This document shows, one piece after another, positions 1 to 6,748 of a stretch of 6,748 bases of DNA. This DNA comes from Fonticula alba ATCC 38817. Its lineage: Eukaryota > Protista > Nucleariida. How positions within the stretch are numbered: position 1 is the stretch's first letter; each line of letters begins with the position of its first letter. Where the stretch lies: assembly GCA_000388065.2 (NCBI GenBank), contig KB932202.1; one strand, written 5' to 3'. A program made the position numbers and the translations under genes. The notes below the pieces were generated by a model. The model was not told the origin of the DNA. It ran no database searches and saw only the letters and a list, made by a program, of their open reading frames with translations.

Positions 1-154
1 CCCCCCCTCCCGTCCGCCCGCCTGCCTGCCCCTGTGGACATGCCCCATTCCGCGAGGCGGGCGCCTTGCGGGCCGCGCACCACGCACTAGCGAGTTGGCC
101 ACCCCGGCCTCGCGCGCCGGCGCGACCGGTGGACGTGCTCCGAGGATGAGCCAT

Positions 155-180
155 CGGCCGGCCGGCCGGCCGGCCGGCCG
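155..180. repeat. (CCGG)n tetranucleotide microsatellite, self-complementary
   Basis: cggccggccggccggccggccggccg (26 nt). Confidence 0.9.
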
Positions 181-326
181 CCCGCCCGCCAGAGTCCGAT
201 CTTGCCTGGGCCCGGGAAATGAAACACCACACGCATGCGACCCAGGGTGCGGCTCTCCACATGCCCGCCAGCCCCACCCCAGGGGAGATGCCCGTCCACT
301 GGCAAAAGCATGTGTGCGGTACACAT

Positions 327-347
327 GCGCGCGCGCGCGCGCGCGCG
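327..347. repeat. (GC)10 dinucleotide tract within an alternating purine-pyrimidine run (319-350)
   Basis: Read directly: gtacacatgcgcgcgcgcgcgcgcgcgcgtgc. Confidence 0.9.
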
Positions 348-533
348 TGCCGGCGCCCACGGGGGGCCCTGCAGCCGAGAGGGGGCGGGGACATCTCGCC
401 GGAAACCTCTACAAAGGCAGGCCTGCTGACAACTCTCCCCTTTCATGCCCCTTGAGCCGCGGCCGGCGGGGCGAGGAGACTGCCTCCACCCAACGGGGAG
501 GCCGGACGGCAGAGGGTGCTCCTCGGGTGCACA

Positions 534-552
534 CGCGCGCGCGCGCGCGCGC
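534..552. repeat. (CG)9 dinucleotide tract within an alternating purine-pyrimidine run (527-554)
   Basis: Read directly: gtgcacacgcgcgcgcgcgcgcgcgcac. Confidence 0.9.
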
Positions 553-814
553 ACCCCACACCGAGCGGCCGGCCTTATCCAAGCTACGGCCCCGGGCACA
601 TCGAGGTACGCACCGAGGAGGGGGAATGCTCCCGGCCCGGCGGCGCGCGAAAGTGGCCTCCCGCCCACCGGCGGACCCAAGAGTGGGGGTTGGATGCGCT
701 CCTGGCCCAGCGCCCGGCCCCTGTCAGCGCCCGTGGAGCTCGCGCGCAGGGGCGCCGAGCCACACGAGGGCGTGGGGGGAAAGAACGTGGCAAAAGCCGC
801 GCGGGAGAAAGAGG

Positions 815-833
815 GAGAGAGAGAGAGAGAGAG
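815..833. repeat. (GA)9 microsatellite in a polypurine tract
   Basis: gggagaaagagggagagagagagagagagag. Confidence 0.9.
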
Positions 834-1400
834 TTGTCACATCAGGGCTGGACAGCAGACGGAGGGCGTCTCGGAGCAGGTCCCGCGTGTGTTAGCACCA
901 GCACCAAGGGGGGGATTCTCCCCCCTCCCGGCCGGCGCCCGGCACTCTCCAAACGGGTCGGCATGATGGACCCTCCCCCGGGCGACCGGCACACGGCGTC
1001 GCGGCCGCCCCGCCCACGCCGCCCCCACCGGGAAAAGCCGGCGCCCGGAGCTCGCAACGGTTGAGGATGATCTGGCCACAGGGCCCGCCGCGCACAAATC
1101 AGGGGGGGCAAATACATCCGGATCCGCCCGTGAGCGGTCTATTCGACCAGGCCCCGCAGGCTGGGGCCCCAGGCCGCCAGTGCCAATTAGATGCAGGAAG
1201 TTCGTTGCTGCCCCTCGCCCCCTCCCGCCTCCCCCGTTCGCTCGCTCCCGCGGAGAGCCCGGCAACCACGGCCGCGCTCCACGCCCCCCCCGGCCAGCGA
1301 TCTCTCGAGGAGGGCGCCGTGCATTCCCACCGCGCGGCAGGCCTCCGAGACGCACACGGGCACACGCCCTGCCTGGTGACGGCCGCTCTCGCCGTCCCGA

Positions 1401-3977
1401 ATGCGGGGAGGGGGGGGGGGCCGGGCGCTCCCTTTGCGCATGGAGGGGAGGGCCTCGCCCCGCGCCCCACCCCCAGCTTATCGGCCTCTGCAAGGCAAGG
1501 GGCACGAACCCTGGCGAGAGCACCGGGGGCCGGGCCCGGAAGGGACACGGTCGGGCGGATACCGGCCGGAACCGCACGAGAAGCTCCCTCCGCCGATGCC
1601 CGCGAGCCGGGTGACTGCCGCTCTCGGCAGGTGGCCTCGTGCGTGCGTACGTGCGCGCCCGCCCCCAAGGTGTGGGCGACATCGTCGGGCTAGGGCGGGC
1701 GGGGGGGGGGGACCACGTCCCGCGGACTTTGGACAGGGAAGCGCTTCGGGACCCACCACAGGCGGCATTCACTCTGCCAACATCCGGGATGGGCGGGGGT
1801 GGCCCGGGGGGGGGNNNNNNNNNNNNNNNNNNNNNNNNNNNNNNNNNNNNNNNNNNNNNNNNNNNNNNNNNNNNNNNNNNNNNNNNNNNNNNNNNGGGCG
1901 GGAGGCGCCGGCACAGACGGAAGGGGGAGCCGGCCCGGGCCAGGACCAAGGCTCCGTTGGCATTACATTCGTCCGGACTCATGGCGTCCCCCCGCCCCTT
2001 CGTCCAGGGAAATCAGCCAGCGCCCGGCCCCGGCAGACAAACCCTAAAGAGGGTTATCGCCGGTGGGAGGAGTGCCGCCGCATGAGCGGCCTCCCAGGTG
2101 TTGGCCCCGATGGAGAGGCCGATAAGCCAACGAACGGCCTTCGCGGGGGCGGTCGGGCATGTGATGGGGCCGGGTTGATCCCGAGGCGCCTGGGGACGGC
2201 CCGAGCCCCCGGAACCGGGCGCGTCGCCCCGCCGGCCGCATGGGCGGGGGCATCCCCAAGCCCAGAGGGCGGCCTCGTGTGCCGGGTGGCGGCAGCGCGC
2301 CGGGCTCCTTTTCGGCGGATGCTGCGGGGCCCTCGGAGGCGTCTGAGCACGCGATACAAGCCTGCTGCTCCGGCCGATCGCCTCCCTCTTCTGGGTCCCT
2401 CCAGGATCCCCGGGGGAAAGGCCCACGAAGGCCCGCAAACACCGGCAGGCAATCTCGCGCTTGCCGGCCGCCCTGGCGAAAGTCCCTGTCCCCCCCCGGC
2501 GCGGCCGCCCTGCCCCTGTCGACTGCACGTCGTCTGGTCCCCATGCCTGGGGAACATGGCCTCGGCCGTGGGGGCCTCTCGGGGGCGGAGTTCCCGAGGC
2601 GGGCAGATCGACCGCGGTCCCCGCACCACCGTTTGCCCAGCCAGGCGGGCGGCGCTCGTGCACGCAGGCGGGCGTGTCAGCCCCGGCTGCCTGCCTGCCT
2701 GCCAATCTGTGATCTGCCAGGCAAAAAGCCGCCCTGTTCGCCGGCGGGCGCAAGGGCACCACGGGGGATCCCGCCTGGCCGGATGGGACCCCACACCGCC
2801 TCCGCCTCCACTTGGTCGCCGGCTTGCACCGAAAGAAAAAAGCGCCCACGAAGGCCATCTCCCGGACCTACGAGCGCATCGGCAGACTCCGCCCTCCCTC
2901 GAAGCTCGGCACCTTGCTGAGGTCGCAGGGCCGGGCAAGCCCCTCTCCCGAGCATCAGCAAGACCCTCCGGTTGCGCTTCTCCTCGCCCGGAAGCCGACC
3001 CGCTTCATGGCTGTCGGTTCCTTGAGCCGGCTGGACAAAGGGCGCGGCCGCACTCCCATCTTGAGACAGCCAAGGAGGACAGCCGTCTGGGTCTCGAGCG
3101 CGTCCATCAACTGGACCCCATCCATGGGGATGGCGTCGGCTTCACCGCCATGGCCCGCCTGGCAGGCCGCCACCCCTCTCCCACCCCCAATGGGGCCCCG
3201 GAAGTTCCGGAGTACGCCATCAAGGGGGGCAGCATGACGGGTGGGCCTTATCCACGCACAGACCGCGCACAAACGACTGGCACCTCGAGCCAGCAGTCGC
3301 CGATCTTCCCACAAGATCTGCTGGCCAGGGCTCGGGCGTTCGGAGCGGCAAATGAGGTCGCCCCGGCGGGCACCCGCCGCCTTCTACACGCACTGATGAA
3401 GCCCAGCGATAAGGAGCCCATAGGGCCATGGATACCACCCCCAACTGGATCCACGGCTGGCCCTGCCGGATCGAATCGTCCGGCCCTGCCCGACCAGGCG
3501 CACACCGTCCATAGTGTCATGCGGCGCTCGGAAAGACGCCGGGGTCAGGTCTTGAATATCCCCCCCCCCCCCTGGGGCCCCCTCTCCTCGGCTGTCTCCT
3601 CCCCGCGAGCCGGGCAAACTGCTGCGGGTCGGATATTGTGTGGTTTATTATTCTTTGGGGTGTACTTCGGCGAATGCCCACCAGGAAGCGAGGGACAGCA
3701 AATAACCCGGCAGAGGGGGGGGGGGGAGCGAAATCTACTGGAGGAGGGCTGGGACCGGCCCGGCCCCCTCGGAAATCCCCGTGGATGCACGTCCTGTCGC
3801 GGGTCCCCCCCTCCCCCCCTCTCGAAGCTCCCTCAAAAGAGGGGGAGAGTGAGAGCGAGGGTGAGGGGGGGGTGCACACGCGCGGCGCGCGAGGGGGGCG
3901 AACAGGGGCAGAAAGGGATCCTGTGGCCACCACCTCTCACCTCTCCTGGCCTGGCGTCCTCTTCGGGCCGAGGGTGA
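1401..3977 (+). CDS. Long unassigned ORF spanning the gap (about 690 stop-free codons after it); possible hypothetical gene, more likely only partly coding or spliced
   Basis: The length is unusual even for this GC content, and there are protein-like patches around 3050-3540 (e.g. QDLLARARAFGAANEVAPAGTRRLLHALMKPSDKEP). There is no recognisable motif, the composition is P/G/R/A-rich, and the frame runs through homopolymer tracts. Confidence 0.2.
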   Translation: MRGGGGGRALPLRMEGRASPRAPPPAYRPLQGKGHEPWREHRGPGPEGTRSGGYRPEPHEKLPPPMPASRVTAALGRWPRACVRARPPPRCGRHRRARAGGGGGPRPADFGQGSASGPTTGGIHSANIRDGRGWPGGGXXXXXXXXXXXXXXXXXXXXXXXXXXXGREAPAQTEGGAGPGQDQGSVGITFVRTHGVPPPLRPGKSASARPRQTNPKEGYRRWEECRRMSGLPGVGPDGEADKPTNGLRGGGRACDGAGLIPRRLGTARAPGTGRVAPPAAWAGASPSPEGGLVCRVAAARRAPFRRMLRGPRRRLSTRYKPAAPADRLPLLGPSRIPGGKAHEGPQTPAGNLALAGRPGESPCPPPARPPCPCRLHVVWSPCLGNMASAVGASRGRSSRGGQIDRGPRTTVCPARRAALVHAGGRVSPGCLPACQSVICQAKSRPVRRRAQGHHGGSRLAGWDPTPPPPPLGRRLAPKEKSAHEGHLPDLRAHRQTPPSLEARHLAEVAGPGKPLSRASARPSGCASPRPEADPLHGCRFLEPAGQRARPHSHLETAKEDSRLGLERVHQLDPIHGDGVGFTAMARLAGRHPSPTPNGAPEVPEYAIKGGSMTGGPYPRTDRAQTTGTSSQQSPIFPQDLLARARAFGAANEVAPAGTRRLLHALMKPSDKEPIGPWIPPPTGSTAGPAGSNRPALPDQAHTVHSVMRRSERRRGQVLNIPPPPWGPLSSAVSSPRAGQTAAGRILCGLLFFGVYFGECPPGSEGQQITRQRGGGERNLLEEGWDRPGPLGNPRGCTSCRGSPPPPLSKLPQKRGRVRARVRGGCTRAAREGGEQGQKGILWPPPLTSPGLASSSGRG
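1815..1895. other. Assembly gap (81 N) flanked by G runs
   Basis: Run of N, preceded by G9 at 1806-1814 and followed by GGGCGGGAGG. Confidence 0.99.
3644..3649 (-). other. Candidate polyadenylation signal AATAAA for IMPDH
   Basis: The minus strand reads AAAGAATAATAAACCACACAATAT, a rare AT-rich island about 330 nt downstream of the IMPDH stop codon. Confidence 0.45.
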
Positions 3978-5911
3978 TCACTTGAAAAGACGCTTCTCGT
4001 AGGAGTGCAGACCGTGGACACCGCCCTCGTAGATGGCCGCACCGGTCCGGCGCTCGAAGCGCAGATCGCACGAGTAGAGCTTCTCGTGGAGCTGCTCGGT
4101 GCTGCGAACGCCAAAGTCCTGGAAGGAGTGCTGCAGCCCATCGCGCAGGTAGAAGAGCAGGTCCAGGACCGACCCCTTGTCCTTGAGGGCCCCAGAGACA
4201 CCCTGAGCCACGAGGGTGCGCTTGGGGGCGGCGGCAGCGGCAGCGGCAGCGGCAGCGGCAGCGGCAGCGGCAGCGGCAGCGGCAGCAGCGTCATCATCAA
4301 GCGCATCCACCAGCACAGGGGTCGCGCCGCCGGACTTGTCGGCGGCATCCGAGAAGTACCGGCTCTTGGCATTGGAGTTGGCCTCCATGGCCTCGAGCGA
4401 GCCCATGCCGCGATAGGTCTTGACACGGACGCCCTCCGGGGTGAAGAAGAACCGCCCCGGGGCCTCGGTGGTCCCGGCCAGGAAGGACCCCATCATGGCC
4501 GACGACGCGCCCAGGGCCAGGGCCTTGGCAATGTGCCCGAGGTTGGAGATGCCGCCATCGGCGATGACCGGCACCCGGCCATTCAGGTGCCCGGCGTGGG
4601 CGCAGTGGAACACCGCCGAGCCCTGGGGCCGGCCGCATGCCAGGACCTCCTGGGTGATGCAGATCGAGCCGGACCCCATGCCCACGCGCAGGGCATCCGC
4701 CCCGGCCGCGATCAGGGCCTGGCACTGGCCGCGAGTGACCACATTCCCGGCGATGACATCCACCTGGCCGCCGGGATAGGCGGCCTTGATCCGGCGGATG
4801 AGGTCCACCTGCCAGGTGGAGTTCCCCTGCGACGAGTCGATGACCACCACCCGGATGAGCGGGGCAATGGCGACAAAGCGCTGCCAGTCCAGCTCGCGAG
4901 TGCTGATCGAGGCCCCCACCAGCAGACGCTGCCCGGCGGCCGGCTGGCCCTCCGGGTGGAGGGTGGCCAGGCGCTGGAGGAGTGCCCGCGAGAGGGCCGC
5001 CCGCAGGGTGTTCCCCGGGCCGAGGACAAACAGGTGCGTGGCGCCCTGGGCGGCGACCGACTCCCGCTGGAGGAAGAGGCCCAGGTGATCCGACCCGAGG
5101 GCCTCTTCGGCCAGGGCCAGCTCGGCCGGGACAGGCTCGAGGATGCCATCGATCGGGGCATCCTCGGCCAGGCTAGCCAGGGCCTTGGCCGGGAGGATGC
5201 CCACCAGCGGGGCGTCCACCTCGCCGGTGGGGGTCACCGGGATCCACGAGTACTGGGTGTGCTCCGGGTTGCCGAGGCGCAGCTCGCCGGCCGTCATGCC
5301 GGGGTAGGCCACCACCGGGGCAATCTCCGCGCCCCAAATGTACCGGGCCACCTCCTCGAGCATGGCCACCTGCTCGTCGATGGAGCAGTTGTGGTGAATG
5401 ATGCCGATGCCGCCAGCCAGGGCCAGGGCGATGGCCATCTTGCCGCCTGAGCCCGACCACGGGCGGGGGGGCGGGGGAGGGAAGGGCGAAGCACCGGTCA
5501 GATCCTTCGGGAGATGGGTGGGCAGAGGGGCGGATGCTGCCGTGCGTACCGGTGACGGTGTCCATCGGCGAGGAGACGAACGGCGACTTGAGGGTGATGT
5601 TGCGAGTCAAGCGCGAGGAGATGTCCACCTCGGGCGCGGCGAAGTCGATGAACCCCGGCAAAACCAGGAAGTCATTGTAAGTGAGGCCGCCCTGGGCCAT
5701 GAGCTCCGGGGCCGACATGCCATCCTTCATGTCGATGGAGAACTGTCAAACACAGGGGGGGGGGGACGAGGCAGAGGGAGGGAGATGAAAACCCATTAGA
5801 ACGAATGGCGAGGCAGAGGGCCGAGCGGGGGAGGAGGCGAGAAGGGGCATGGACAGATATGCTCACCTGGTGGAAGTCATTCGTTTGGCTCATGGTATCG
5901 GCAATGACCAT
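3978..5911 (-). CDS. IMPDH: Inosine-5'-monophosphate dehydrogenase, 3 exons: 5867..5911 (or from 5893), 5550..5742, 3978..5446; about 568 aa
   Basis: The spliced translation gives [15 protein letters not shown]|[34 protein letters not shown]...SSPMDTVTG|[20 protein letters not shown]. Motifs present: DSSQGNS, IAGNVVT, catalytic loop [14 protein letters not shown] (Cys codon 4659-4661), IADGGI, MMGS, YRGMGS, flap RY dyad (4356-4361), VAQGVSG, DKGS and the eukaryotic C-terminus [15 protein letters not shown]. Splicing restores the canonical spacing DTVT-xxx-MAI. Exon 1 and the start codon are less certain than exons 2-3. Confidence 0.97.
4227..4289 (-). repeat. Coding microsatellite, (GCTGCC)9 core, encoding 21 consecutive Ala in IMPDH
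   Basis: The plus strand has GGCGGC(GGCAGC)9AGC, which is 63 nt and in frame with IMPDH exon 3. Confidence 0.95.
5447..5549 (-). other. IMPDH intron 2 (103 nt, phase 1)
   Basis: Donor G|GTACGC, branch-like CTGAC (5501-5497), C-rich tract and acceptor CTCAG|GC. Removal joins MDTVT to GGKMAIAL in frame. Confidence 0.93.
5743..5866 (-). other. IMPDH intron 1 (124 nt, phase 0)
   Basis: Donor CAG|GTGAGC, branch-like CTAAT (5799-5795), polypyrimidine tract and acceptor TTTGACAG|TTC. It links a short ATG-initiated exon in frame to exon 2. Confidence 0.8.
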
Positions 5912-6103
5912 GACACTTGTGCGCGCGCGTGTGTGGGTGTGGGAGGGTGCTGTGTAGGTGGGGGCCAACAAGGTGCGAGCGAGTGATGGCTCGTATATGG
6001 ATGACCGCAGGAGGGGGCGGGGGGGCAGAGGCGTCCTCGGGAGAGACACAAGGGTGCACAGTGTGGAAAGGAGGGGGCGTGGCCGGCGGGGTGTCGTGTT
6101 CGC

Positions 6104-6146
6104 AAAATGGCCCCTGACCGTGCACCCGGGGGCGAGCCCTTTTATA
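6104..6146 (-). promoter_or_regulatory. Candidate core promoter of IMPDH: TATA box plus initiator-like sequences
   Basis: CCTATAAAAGGG (TATAAAAG at 6146-6139) is a consensus TATA box in about 70% GC DNA. TCA(6115)GGGG lies 31 nt downstream and CCATTTT (YYANWYY) 38 nt downstream. There is no ATG between it and the start at 5911. Confidence 0.6.
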
Positions 6147-6180
6147 GGGAGCAAAGGCCGCACAGGAGGGCCAGGGGGAG

Positions 6181-6215
6181 GGAGGAAGAGGGAGGAAGAG
6201 GGAGGAAGAGGGAGG
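6181..6215. repeat. 10-bp tandem repeat (GGAGGAAGAG)x3.5, a polypurine/polypyrimidine tract upstream of the TATA box
   Basis: ggaggaagag ggaggaagag ggaggaagag ggagg. Confidence 0.85.
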
Positions 6216-6748
6216 CAGTGGGGCCCGGGCACCCCCATCCTCTTTGGCCGGTGCGTATGGCTGGGTGAGCGTATCCCAACAGGGCGAGCGCGGCCGGCGT
6301 GGGTCGGGGTGCCCCGCCTCTTGGCGGTCCAAGTGTAAGATCGCCCCGAGGGGGGAGAACCAGCCACGACTAGAGGGCCCCGACAGACCCAACCAACAAG
6401 TCCGGGGGGGGGGGGGAAATAATCGCCGAAGATGTTTCTCTTTGGCCGCATGGCACCCCCACGCCCCCACGGAGGCGCGGAACGAGAGAGCATGACTGTC
6501 GTGGGGGTGGGTCCTGAAAAATCAACCGTCCGGTGGGGCTGGCCACGCGAGAAAGCGGCCCCCCTGCCGCGGGTGCAGCATGGCCGGGCTAAGACCGGCG
6601 ACCTGAAACCGACTGGCAGGCGTCCGGGAGACACCGCGCCGGGGGCAAGGCTGATGTCGAGTCCGCTGGCTGGGGGGTGTCTAAAAAAAAAAGCTCGGCC
6701 CAAACACCGGAGACTAAAGTGACTCGGAGTCTACATGTTCCTCCGGGG

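Noticed and set aside
87-1100. Several overlapping ORFs with ARARAR, ERERER and PAGR runs
   Set aside because: They are translations of microsatellites in very GC-rich DNA with no protein motifs. Donor-like GAG|GTACGC at about 606 could not be built into a gene model.
4400-4425. Penicillium MpaF/IMPDH-B-type self-resistance enzyme in a biosynthetic cluster
   Set aside because: Tyr is retained in KTYRGMGS, and no PKS or other cluster genes are visible in the window.
4650-4690. GMP reductase as an alternative identity
   Set aside because: The catalytic loop is [10 protein letters not shown] and the flap and C-terminus are IMPDH-type, not the GMPR-type GIGPGSVCTT.
3978-5438. Treating the 486-aa ORF as the complete protein
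   Set aside because: It lacks the conserved N-terminus (LTYND...SSPMDTVT), which lies in an upstream exon joined by a canonical intron.
4005-5450. 481-aa plus-strand ORF
   Set aside because: It is the in-register antisense shadow of the GC3-rich IMPDH exon 3; the GSGSGS run is just the reverse reading of the alanine repeat.
6181-6215. Short tandem repeats as a CRISPR array or mobile-element ends
   Set aside because: There are no spacers, terminal repeats or transposase, and the context is eukaryotic; these are simple-sequence repeats.
6432-6722. 96-aa plus-strand ORF as a divergent gene
   Set aside because: It is short, has no recognisable motif and runs through an A10 homopolymer.

Overview
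GC-rich eukaryotic (opisthokont-like) genomic DNA with an 81-N assembly gap. The only gene I can firmly identify is a three-exon, minus-strand IMP dehydrogenase, join(5867..5911,5550..5742,3978..5446), about 568 aa (562 aa if the second ATG at 5893 is used). It has two canonical spliceosomal introns, a strong TATA/Inr promoter candidate and a candidate poly(A) signal. The catalytic core is intact, but three things are unusual. The Bateman (CBS) regulatory domain appears to have lost its nucleotide-binding motifs. The catalytic mobile flap carries an insertion of about 40 aa that includes 21 alanines encoded by a microsatellite. There is Ser at the position linked to mycophenolate resistance in yeast Imd2. 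Positions 1-3977 contain microsatellites, G/C runs and one very long, unrecognisable plus-strand ORF whose stop abuts the IMPDH stop; I cannot assign a gene there. I see no evidence of a novel multi-gene system; the interest lies in the atypical IMPDH.
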